Assembly (NCBI GenBank): GCA_002269645.1
Contig: NIVC01000356.1
Location: 62,001-126,000, forward strand
DNA: 64,000 nt
Direction of reading: 5' to 3'
Source of the DNA: Macrostomum lignano
Lineage: Eukaryota
Numbering within the stretch: position 1 is the stretch's first letter; the number at the start of each line of letters is the position of its first letter. The notes below the pieces were generated by a model. It made no database searches and was not told the origin of the DNA. It saw only the letters and a program-made list of their open reading frames with translations. The translations under genes and the position numbers were made by a program. Of this stretch, positions 21,701 through 32,094 are shown piece by piece.

Positions 21701-24700
21701 AGCCACCGCAGCGGGGAGGCCCTCTGGGGAGTCCGGCGGTGCGGCTGGGCCGTCAGGAACCGCCGTGTCCTCGGACTCTCAGGGGGGCAACCCTGCCGGC
21801 CTACCGCTCTCCAAGGACAAAGCGGCCCCGCTCAAGACCTCCGAGTCCTACGCCTCCAAGGTCAAGCAGCCGCTGCAACCCGCCGTGATGATCCTCGGCG
21901 GGGACTTCGACCTGACGCCCGAGCAGCTCGACGTCGCGTGGCGTACCATCGACGAGGGCTTGCTCAACCTAACCCTGGAGGGCGTCTTCGTGGACATCGT
22001 CAAGTCCACCAAGGCGAACGGGTGCATCCTACTGTGGTGCAAATCCGAGGAAAGCACCTAGCTCCTGCGGGATCAGCTGCCCAAGTTCGACTGGCACGGC
22101 GACCTGGGCCAGCTGACCTTCGCCCTGGAGAGCGAGCGGCCGAAGACCATCCGCCATCGGATTTGGGTCCCGGCCGACAGTGCGATCAAGTCCGGGGAGC
22201 AGCTGCGGCAGCTCCTGCTCAAGCGGCACCCGGATCTCGACGCCAGTGGTCCTGTGTACCACAGCACGGTCCTCAAGGGCACGACCGGGGCCACCGTCAT
22301 CCTCGGCCTGACGGAGGGATGGTCCAAGCTGCTACCGCACGGCACAAACCTCCACCTTGGTCTCCATCAACTGACCATCCTCCGCTGTGAGGAGGGCAAG
22401 GTGGAGACCAAGAACGACGGGAAGCGCGCCGCTCCCGGAGCTGGCGCTTAGGCTCCGCCGGCCAAACGGCAGCAGCAACCCGATCCCGAGCCTAACAAGG
22501 CTATTCGCGCTGCTGAGTCCGCCTCGCGTGGACGTAGACCCGACCGCAGTAACTGACGGTCCGGGCTAATCCAGCGCGCACTTGACGAAGCTCAGTCTCT
22601 GAGACTTCACCTTGAGCAGACTCGTGCCGCTCGCAAAAACACTAAAAGCCAGCCGAGGGAAATGGACGACGGCATGGCTCAGCCTTCCAACTGGTGGGAT
22701 TACCACTAGGACGCTGCCGGCCGAGCTCAGACTCCCGACGGCGGGGCGCAAGGCGAAGGCAGCAGCCGTACCCCAGTCGCTGGGGAGGAGGGCGGTGTAG
22801 CGCGGCTAGGTGACTCACCTGCCGTGGGCGCCGTGTCCGCCTCCGCGGCGGCTGGGGAGGCGGCTGAGCCTGAGCCAATGGAAATTGGCGACTCAACTCT
22901 CACCGATGAGGCTGAGAATGAGTTGCTTTTCTCCTCCCCTGGACAGTAGATATGACCGTCTCCCAGGGCATCCACTGCTTGCAGGTCAACCTGCAGCACA
23001 GCATTGCTGCTTCGGTCAACCTCTTGAAGCACACTGACCAATACGCACCAGGGATTATCCTTATCCAGGAACCTTGGACGCTAAGGGGCAGCCCCCAACA
23101 TGTCCCCACCGGCTACCAGTGTTTAACCGCTGGCAACCGGAAGGGAAACCTGGCACCAAGATCTTGCATCATGGTGTCTAGCTCTATTAACGCATGGCTC
23201 AGATCGGACCTGTCTACCAGGGACATCTGTGTCATCCAGTCTGAAGACATACTCCCTGGGAGGACTACTCTCATCGCCTCGGTCTACCTACCGGGCGACG
23301 GCGAGATGATCCCAGGAGAGCTTTTCACACTGGTCGAGCTCTGCTCCACCAGGAATTATGAGCTGCTTTGGCAGGTGATATCAACGCCCACCACACCCAC
23401 TGGGGCAGTTCTGATATTAACCAGAGAGGTGAAGAATTCCTGGCTTATATCACTACTACAACCCTTGAGTTCTGTAACTCGGGTAGTACCCCTACCTTCA
23501 ATAACGGACGCCGATCGGAGGTGCTGGATGCCACCCTCGCCACGCCCAGGCTCTTCCAGAGCACTAGGGAGTGGCGGGTGCTTTCTGAGGCGTCCCTTTC
23601 CGATCACAAGTTCATCTACTTCACGCTGGCCAGCGCCCGAAACGCAGGCCAGCTTTACTGGAAACGGAATGCTAGGAATACCGATTGGACCGAGGCTTGC
23701 CCTGGAGGAGACCTATCGTTGCACTAGCACTCCAGTCTCCATCAACACCTGCGAGGAAGCAGATGAATTTGCGGCCGCACTTACGGACTCGCTCACTGCT
23801 GCCTTCGAAGCCTCATGCCCACTAAAGGCATATAAAGGCAAACAGTCGGCCCCATGGTGGAACCCGCAGCTTGGCGACCACCGTCGCAGAGCCAAAAGGC
23901 TTCACCGTAGGGCCCAAAAAACTAAAAACCCGGCCGACCAAACCGCCTACCTGAACTCTATCCACGAGTTCAAGAGGCAGGTTAGGAACGCCAAAACCAA
24001 CAAGTGGCGCGAATACTGTGAGGAACTTGAGGGCTCCCGCCCCACCTTCAGAATCGTTAAAGCCCTCACCCTGGACAAAATGTCCAAACTCTCTCAGTCA
24101 AGAGAGCCGACGGCTCGCTCACTGAGAACCCAGGAGAAACACTGAAAGCGATGCTAACAGCATTTTTCCCGAACGAGCCAGCCAGGCCCGACCCAGTGGG
24201 CGGTCACGTACTGGCTGACTCAATCATCACGGAGGACCGCGTTACTAAAGCAGTCTCCTCCTTCAAACCCTTCAAATCCCCAGGACCGGACGGCGTTGTG
24301 CCAGCCTTCCTGCGAGAGGCGGTGAAATGCACCGGTTTCCTGCGGAACCTTTGCCGGCTTCTGAAAGCTTGCATTGCTCTCGGCTTTGTTCTGAAACCCT
24401 AGACCGAGGCTAAGGTGGTTTTTATCCCCAAGCCCGGCCGTCACTGGAACAGGTCATGGTTGCTTTGCCAGGCACTTTTTCCTGCGAAGTGCCCGCCGGA
24501 GCGAACTCTGCCCTTTCTGCAACCTCGAGAACGAAGACGCCAAGCACTTCGTCTGCTACTGCCCGGCCTTCAACCGAGACCGGCTCAACCACCTCGGGCC
24601 CAACCCGTCCCTGGACGACGTTTGCCGGCCCGAGAACATCCCACGGCTCATCCGGTTCCTCCGGGCCACCAAGCGAGCCTCCGTCTTCCCCACCGAAGAC

Positions 24701-27153
24701 AACGCTGCAGACAGGACCGGCAGACCTCCCTGATCGGCCCCGCGCCCTAGCCTATGCGGGTCTTTCAGGGATTAGCGGAATGGGCGACGCTCGCCTCCCC
24801 GCTGCGTCTTCGGACCGCCCTGCAGCTAAGTCAAGTAAGTCAAGTCTGGGAGTCCAGCACCCAGGACACGATGGAGGCACATTACGAGTTCTGCATTCAC
24901 CGGCAATCGACGAAAATTGCAGAGACTGCGGACACTGCGGTCAGCCTGAACGACCTACGCACCGGCTGGCAGGTAGGCTTCCAGTGGGCGGCTAAAGACG
25001 CGGGCAGGCGTTTCAACAGCTCGTCCGGGACGCTGCGCTCTAGACTGAGTCCACTCCGCATCGACCTGAGGTACCGGATCTGAACGACAACACCGGTAAG
25101 TCAATCGGTTCTTTTGCCAATTTTTAAGAGTCGAATGCCCTAACGGGGAGGATTGATGTGACTCTGGTTACTGAACTTATTCCGGCTACGGAGGGATTGC
25201 AACTGGAAGACAGGAACAACGTCCAGTTTGACCCAGCCGATTTCAAATCCCCAGAGCACCTGGCCACCAGCCACGCTCCACCTAGATAAAACTCTTCTGG
25301 TTGGTGCAGTTTCAACGAAGAGCCGAGCATGCTCAGTCAGGTCGAAAGGATAAACGGTACCTCTGCGGTCCGGACGCTTCTCGAAGTGCAGAGCACTTAA
25401 TAGCAGAGTCCAGCTGCCTGTGCTCAGGATTCGGACACGGGGGTGGTCTGCGACCAGACATCCCCACCTGTGGACCGAACTAGACACAGCTCAGCTGACC
25501 AGGGTAGTACCACCTCACCACCTCAGTTCGTTACACCTTAAGAGCAAGACGCTGAAGTGCAGGGTCGAGTTGCCTGTGCCCAGGAGCTCGACAGTCGACA
25601 CGGGAGTGGTCTGTGCTCAGTCACCTCCACCCGCAGCTGTAGTGGTTGGCGCTGGATGCCACAACTCGCCACAGCAGACTCCCACTGTCAACGTCCACGG
25701 GGGACTCAAAAAGGACTGGAGACTCTCCATCACCGAGAAGCAGACTATAGTAATCGGTGATGAGAAGCTGGCGCGACCTGGGATCGAACAGCTTGACTTC
25801 CAGTTTGAAATCTTCCCGAACCTTAGGGCAGAAAATTTGGTCAAAATGTTACGTGAACAGGTAGCATCACCGAGTTCGAAGATCAAGGACGTTATTCTAT
25901 TCCCTTGGGGACAGGACCTCTACAGGCAGTTTGAAAGTGTTCTAGACAAACAGCTTACGACAATCTTGAACCACTGCCGAAAAGCCTTTCCGAAAGCAAA
26001 GATCCACACGATTGACTCGGTGACCCACCCCAATGCTCCAGACAGCGCTCGACAAAACGCCGGGAAAATCAGCCGCCACCTGAAGGGCATCAACACGGAA
26101 GGCCACATTTCGCTCTCACCTAAGAAACTGTCGTTTGAACGAGACCTGGTTTCGCTGACAGACGTGGCATGCTTGAAGGTCCTCAAAATCGTGCGCAATA
26201 AGCTCCAAAATAACTAGATAAGTCAGGTGTTGCTGATAGGTGTCAGGTTATTAACCTCTCTACCCACAATCTCACAGACAGCGAGATAGAAGTCTTGGAG
26301 AAAGGGCAAAATTTTGTCACTTTCTGCAGCCTATCGCGATGGAGCAGGATTCGTTTATCCGGGACACGGACCATTTCCAGGCTGTTATCGATGGCCTGAC
26401 TTTTAGTATCGACGAGTCGGTCTTTCTGGTCACGATGGATGTCGAATCCCTTTACGAGCTACACTAAAATCCCGTCGAGTGCGGGGCTAGCCGCCATCAG
26501 TGCCGCTTTTAGGAATTCTCCCCAGCAGTCCCGTCCTGACGAGCAGCTGCTCAAACTCTTGGACATTAATTTGAACCAGAACGACTTCGTCTTCAATGGC
26601 TGCCGCTACTTGCAAGTCAAAGGAACTAGCATGGGAAAGGCTTTTGCTCCATCCTACGCCAACATTTTTATGTCCGACTGGGAATCCAGAGCACTGGAAC
26701 AGGCTCCTGTTATTCCGCGCCTGTACAAGCGTTACATTGATGATATTTTTGATATTTTCATGATTGTTTTAGGCACGGAGTCTGAACTGAAGCAACTACA
26801 CCATCATCTGAACAACTTTGACACAAATATTAGTCTATCAATGCAGTATAGCAAAGACCAAGTGAGCTTCTTAGATTGCCTTGTTACCCTTGAACAAGGT
26901 GTCAATGGCAAAAAATTGTCCACTTCGGTCTATTTTAAGCCGACTGACTCTCGCCAGTTGCTGAACCCGGTTTCCTTCCACCCAAAGCACACCTTCAGAG
27001 GCATCCTAAAATCTCAACTCTTGCGCTATACCCGTCGCTGCACTCACAAGAAGGACTTTGACCTATCTAGCACAAGTCTTCTACGTGTCCTCAAAAGACA
27101 AGGCTATTCGGTGTGCGGTTTTTTATTGTTTTCGTCTATCTATCTATTTATCG

Positions 27154-27206
<53 letters not shown>

Positions 27207-27354
27207 ACTATCTATTTACCTATTTCTATCTTACCTACTATCTTTGCTAAAAAAAAATATTTGACCCTGAAGAAGGCCACGTTCTGGCCGAAATATTGGT
27301 CATTTTCTAGTTTAAGTGTGAAGTAGCTTCCACTGTGTGTGGGTTTGTTTTACG

Positions 27355-27412
<58 letters not shown>

Positions 27413-28507
27413 GATTCCTCTGTGTCAGACTAAAATAATTAAGTCCATACAATAATTTTGTACACCGATCACTCTGAGCACATACTTGTCACAGACTACC
27501 TACACTACACAGTCCATAAAAATCCCCAGCAATATTAGGACAAGCTATTAAAGCCAATGCACTCACCCGGCTCTGGTACAATCAGGCCGCCCCAACCTTT
27601 TGCAGGCTTTTTATTCTGACTGGACGGCCGCTGCGCCTCAGTTAGAAATGCCTCATTAGTGCGGCTCAGGTAGAGGCACCACATGCGGAACAGGCCGGAG
27701 CGGAACTGAGAAGCCGGAGCAGCGCCCAGCTGAATAAGTGCGTCCGCCTGGCTGCTCAGGATCACCTGGGTTTTTTAACCAATTTAAGCCATTTAATCCT
27801 GTGATTAAAGTACATGAGGCTACCTGAGATAATCCCGATGAGGCTACCTGAGATAATCCCGATGAGGCTACCTGAGATAATACCGATGAGGCTACCTGTG
27901 ATAATCCCGATGAGGCTACCCGAGATAATCCCGATGAGGCTACGTGAGGCAGTTTGAGTTACAGAGAATCCCAATAAGATGATCTCAATCTCCAAGCCAG
28001 CTCCAAGCCGCAAAGCCAGTAGCTACCGTCCCTACCTGGTACAGCTCCGACAAGGTGTAACTGCACAATTCCTCTCGTTTCCGCTTCCTACTGAGTCGCG
28101 AGGGCAGGGGCTGTTGGATCGTCTCGGAGATGCTCGTCTTGAGCGGTTGCAGCTGCCGATTGGCCGAGTTGAAACAGCGGTTGCGAGTGAGACGGATGAA
28201 GGGGATGCTGAGGCTGCTGCTGCTGCAGAGGCGCCAGCGGCTGGGATGCCGAGTAGCGGACATTAGCGGCTGAGGCCACAGCTTTGAGCCGGGCACCGGA
28301 CACGAGTGCGGACACCAGCGATTGCGAGAACGTCTCCAACCGTTGGCTGGAGTCGGCTAGCACGGCGCCGCAGGCGGTGCAAACCAGGCTGTCGCCGGCT
28401 TTGCTGACATCCTCGCTGCCGCAGGTCTGGCAGAATGGACGATGCTGCGACTGCTGAAATGTTGCTACAGGAAATGAAATGAAATGCTCCAATATTGCTA
28501 CAGACAT
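15787..28507 (-). CDS. TAF1B: TATA-binding protein-associated factor RNA polymerase I subunit B (TAF1B/Rrn7), multi-exon
   Basis: N-terminal Zn ribbon CQTCGSEDV...CTACG at about 28430-28370. YTLSELYQ|VILSSQADALIQLG...MWCLYL resembles human EGFQYILYQQAEALKNLG. NLALLYITC...LSHLLHLVAVGQVPYFDSLRRLP resembles TLAFCYL...LSDLLRFVEEDHIPY. SYDTL and LLFNYSAWF motifs are also present. Phase-compatible exons: ending 28036, 27765-27567, 19546-19408, 18784-18308, 18111-17433, and about 16446-15787. The 5' start, a frame change near 28230-28300 and the 3' end are uncertain. Confidence 0.8.
16560..17075 (+). repeat. CT-rich polypyrimidine low-complexity tract
   Basis: (CTCTT)n-like sequence. Confidence 0.88.
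17152..17408 (+). mobile_element. CORE-type SINE, family B, copy 2 (in a TAF1B intron, antisense)
   Basis: Homologous to 9439-9735. Confidence 0.8.
18915..19240 (+). repeat. About 23-bp minisatellite (GATTATTGAATGATTCTCTGTGT)
   Basis: Degenerate tandem copies within a TAF1B intron. Confidence 0.85.
20332..20370 (+). ncRNA. Minimal type I hammerhead ribozyme motif 1
   Basis: Stem I GACC/GGTC, core CUGACGA, extra A, stem II GGCCA/TGGCC, GAAA, palindromic stem III AATT, predicted cleavage after U20366. Confidence 0.78.
20955..24845 (+). mobile_element. Non-LTR retrotransposon (LOA/R1-group-like LINE), internally deleted
   Basis: A 13-bp TSD CTGGGAGTCCAGC lies at 20942-20954 and 24846-24858, with a 3' tail (TAAGTCAAG)2. 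ORF1 21423-22451 is DUF4780-like with an in-frame TAG at 22059. ORF2 starts at 22952 with APE motifs (QVNLQH, IQEPW, GDINAHH, SLSDH), then KSPGPDG and AKVVFIPKPG, then jumps to the C-terminal TGHG..CPFC..HFVCYCPAF (stop 24731-24733). Confidence 0.87.
26225..27110 (+). pseudogene. PLE reverse transcriptase remnant (internal deletion, frameshift, 3' truncation)
   Basis: The N-terminal block joins directly to LQPIAMEQDSFIRDT. The frame breaks after DVESLY, and the ORF runs into terminal-repeat/(TATC)n sequence at about 27111. Confidence 0.8.
27262..27302 (+). ncRNA. Minimal type I hammerhead ribozyme motif 2
   Basis: Stem I TGACC/GGTCA, core CUGAAGA, extra A, stem II GGCCA/TGGCC, GAAA, palindromic stem III ATAT, predicted cleavage after U27297. 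Confidence 0.8.
27825..27950 (-). repeat. 24-bp minisatellite (GTAGCCTCATCGGGATTATCTCAG on the sense strand) in a TAF1B intron
   Basis: About 5 copies. Confidence 0.88.
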
Positions 28508-28644
28508 ACTCGTACATGCGCAACGAAGGGCCAAGCAAAAGTCGAAAAATTCCCACCTAAACAGACGCAAAACTAAATAGATGATGAGGCCTTTAGCCTT
28601 AATATTACAGTTTTAGTTACCCCTGCCGTTTACCCAACAGACCC

Positions 28645-28960
28645 ACCTGGGAGTACACAGACCCACCTGGGAGTACACAGACCCACCTGGGAGTACACAG
28701 ACCCACCTGGGTGTACACAGACCCACCTGGGAGTACACAGACCCACCTGGGAGTACACAGACCCACCTGGGTGTACACAGACCCACCTGGGAGTACACAG
28801 ACCCACCTGGGAGTACACAGACCAACCTGGGAGTACACAGACCCACCTGGGTGTACACAGACCCACCTGGGAGTACACAGACCCACCTGGGAGTAGAGGA
28901 ACATCACATGGGAGTAGATGAACATCACATGGGAGTACACAGACCCACCGGGAGTGGAGG
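28645..28960 (-). repeat. 20-bp minisatellite (GTGGGTCTGTGTACTCCCAG on the minus strand) upstream of TAF1B
   Basis: About 13 copies. Confidence 0.92.
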
Positions 28961-29877
28961 AACATGTATATATCAGAGATATATCCTTCTCTTTATATGT
29001 ACAGAGGGAGAAAAAAATGAAATAGAGATTAATTACTTTTTGAAATGAGCAGAAATAGAGTTAAAAACAAGTTTTGAACTTTGGTTTGGATCGCAGTGAA
29101 GTAGGTAAATGTTTATAAATATGATATTGTAGAGCTGTTATAATTTTTTATCCTATTATAAGAAAAACGATAAATATAGAAAGTTAAAATACATTACATT
29201 TTCTACACTAACCATTACCACTAGAAATTACATGTAGTATCAATACAAAAAAGAGAAATAACACTGATTTAGTATAATGATGATAAAATCTGATAGCTAA
29301 AAGTCTGTTTATAGTTTTTTATTGTAAAAAAATATGGATCTATTGGTTTATAATCAACGAATCTATTAACAAAAGCAAACTACAGAGGAAAAGCAGTCAG
29401 ATTTTAACAAAATCGTCTCCTTAAAGTGATTAAAAATGCAAGATGTAAACAATCAAAATAACCAGATCTTATTCTTATAACCTGAATTCCAATAAAGGTA
29501 ACAAGTTAGAAAGCCGCAGTTTCTAAGTAAAAATATATATTTATTGTGTCAGTAAAATAGAGTGGTTATATTGTAAGTCTTATCAGAAAAAGAAATCCAT
29601 AAAATATCTAAAATAAACACAATTCTAAGATAACAATCAGAATTAGCGATTATCATGTGTGAAAAATTTAGCAAAAAATCTATAGGTAAGACATGACAAA
29701 AATCGGTGAAAACTGAAAATCTCCCTTACTTGCAGGTACATGGGTGTGTGTTAAAAAGCAGACATCTGCTAAAAAGTTCAAAATCAAATGAGATATCAAC
29801 TCAAATCTGGCAATTCAAAGAATTCTTGAAATCCATAAAATCCATATAATAGTGAAATTTTCGATACCGGGGTGGGG

Positions 29878-30244
29878 GGGGGGCGTAGCCCATTGGTCTT
29901 GGCATCAGAAATTTCCCAGCGTCCCAGGCTCGATTCCAAGTGCAGTCACATTAATTTGGGGCTGAATTAGAAACTGGGCTTGGCTCTGCTCGTGCAGTTG
30001 ACGCCCTTGAGAGAACCAACTCCCAAGACACAGTGAAGTGTACATGCCTAACGATAAATAAAGTCAGGGCCGCTGTACACTCCTGTGTGAGTGTGTGCCT
30101 GCGCGTATGACTGCGTACGTATCCGCGCGCTTGTGTGCCTGCTCAGGGGAGTCGGCGGAATGGGCAGCAATGCCTGTCGCCGGTTGTGTGACAATGTCGC
30201 TTAAAGTGCGCCAGGGTGCACACAGCCCTCTGCCTCTAATAAAA
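29878..30244 (+). mobile_element. SINE family A, copy 3 (full length)
   Basis: GGGCGTAGCCC head, GGCTCGATTCC B-box, 3' end CTGCCTCTAATAAAA. Confidence 0.82.
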
Positions 30245-30331
30245 CAGTTACAGGGATAGACTTCTACAGAAATTCACAGCAACAGCACACTGTAAAATGA
30301 GTATTATATTCAAACAATATTATTATAATGG

Positions 30332-32016
30332 TTAGGTAATGTACGCCACTAGGCTAGCCAACACGACACCGTGACAGCGGAGACAGGCCCCTGACAGCTC
30401 TAAGCAGCGCTCGCACGAGACAAAATGTGCGCACGGAAGCGACACTCGATTCCGAGTTCTCATCCGGCATCGAGAGCATTTTTCATCGTCGACATTGGTG
30501 TCGTCAGTTGCATCTGGGCCGGATGGCGCCGCGGCAGCGGTAGCAACAATAGCAGCACCAGAGCCCATTGGTGTAACTGACACAACTGACTGTTGAATCA
30601 GCTGATTACTACTAATAGGAGGCTGATCAACTAAAGCCAAATCTATTAAACCGAGAATGTCGAACTCGCTATAGTAGTAAAATTGTTCTATATTTTGAGC
30701 CAAGGCTATGATATCGCCAGCTCGGAGACTGGGCAAAGCGCCATCACTGTCTGGGCCAATCAGTTTGATAGAGTAGAGGTGGCGGGCTATGCTCAAACAA
30801 AGAAGATTCGTCTGAAATTTGAATATTTTAAGCAGCTGCCTATTGGCGACTTTTACACAAACTTTTGCTTATAGACTTTTAGAAGTCCATCAGGCACCGG
30901 CACCATCGGCACCGGCACCGGCACCGGCACCGGCACCGGCACCATCTCAGTGAGACTCTCTGCTTCGGTCATTAATCAGCTGAGTCACTCTCTGCCTCGG
31001 TCATTAACCATCAGTCAGACTCTCTGCATCGGTCATTAACCATCAGTCAGACTCTCTGCATCGGTCATTAACCATCAGTCAGACTCTCTGCATCGGTCAT
31101 TAACCATCAGTCAGACTCTCTGCATCGGTCATTAACCAGCTGAGTCAGACTCTCTGCATCGGTCATTAACCATCAGAGTCAGACTCTCTGCATCGGTCAT
31201 TAACCATCAGAGTCAGACTCTCTGCATCGGTCATTAACCATCAGTCAGACTCTCTGCATCGGTCATTAACCATTAGTCAGACTCTCTGCATCGGTCATTA
31301 ACCATCAGTCAGACTCTCTGCATCGGTCATTAACCATCAGAGTCAGACTCTCTGCATCGGTCATTAACCACAGAGTCAGACTCTCTGCATCGGTCATTAA
31401 CCATCAGAGTCAGACTCTCTGCATCAATCATTAACCAGCTGAGTCAGACTCTCTGCATTGGTCATTAACCACAGAGTCAGACTCTGTTTTAATGCCGCTC
31501 ACAGCTCACCGAGTAGCCATAGCTGGAAGCCAGCTGCACGGGCAAGAGTTCCAAAGCCAATCTCAATTTTCTCATGTCGCCAGCTATCCGTCTGGCTTGA
31601 GCAGCAATTCCAGCTGGATCAGCAACTTGTATACTCAGTAGACTCACTACAGAACAATGAGTACCCTTGGACAATGCTGATTCTGTATGCAACCGCAGCA
31701 CAGCCTCATAGTCGGCATCAAACCCCCGATGTATCTGACAGATGCAGCTGCAAAAGCAGCATCGTACAGTTCCGATACCGCTAGACGAGTCCATAGCAAC
31801 CAGATAGAAACCATTAGCCGACCAAACTTCGATAACTGATTCGTTTTCTAAGCCGTTATCGCGCAAAGCTGCCACAAATGTGGCTTGGCGATTCGTGAAC
31901 AAAAGCCAATTGAGTTCGGTGGGAGCGATGAGCAACCTTAGCAGGTGGCCTGAGATGAACGGATTGAGGAGCTTACAATCCATAATTGTTGATGTGATCG
32001 CTCGCAAACGTGACAT
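30332..32016 (-). CDS. IAP-like protein: divergent BIR + UBA-like + C-terminal RING, 2 exons, about 328 aa
   Basis: Exons 32016-31510 and 30811-30332 (phase 0). BIR-like RQATF..ANGFY..VRCCFC..H..C. YGYSTNLL..DIIAL resembles the cIAP UBA. RING: CSRC..PCAHFVSCERC..CLRC. Confidence 0.78.
30950..31485 (+). repeat. About 32-bp minisatellite (TCAGTCAGACTCTCTGCATCGGTCATTAACCA) in the IAP intron
   Basis: About 16 copies. Confidence 0.9.
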
Positions 32017-32094
32017 TGATCGTAAAGATTAACTTCGAGTTCGAAAAGCAGGTATTGTTTTAAACTTCTCTGAATGGGGAAATTTGTAATTACG

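Larger units (their letters stand above)
19925..27415 (+). mobile_element. Penelope-like element (PLE), degenerate, inside a TAF1B intron and interrupted by a LINE
   Basis: PLE-type RT remnants at 26225-27110: VINLS..LTDSEIEVLEKGQNF, DVESLY, QVKGTSMGKAFAPSYANIFM, YKRYIDDIF, VSFLD, SVYFKPTD, HPKHTFRGI. An upstream ORF1 includes an SGNH-like part (25420-26217). Hammerhead-bearing terminal repeats lie at about 20320-20445 and 27250-27360. An ORF2 C-terminal-like fragment (VPIVIPF..AYTRERTL) lies at 19958-20135. Confidence 0.85.

Noticed and set aside
25097-25128. Intron within PLE ORF1 (GTAAGT...TTTTTAAG)
   Set aside because: It is only about 32 nt long, and removing it does not restore a clear continuous frame.
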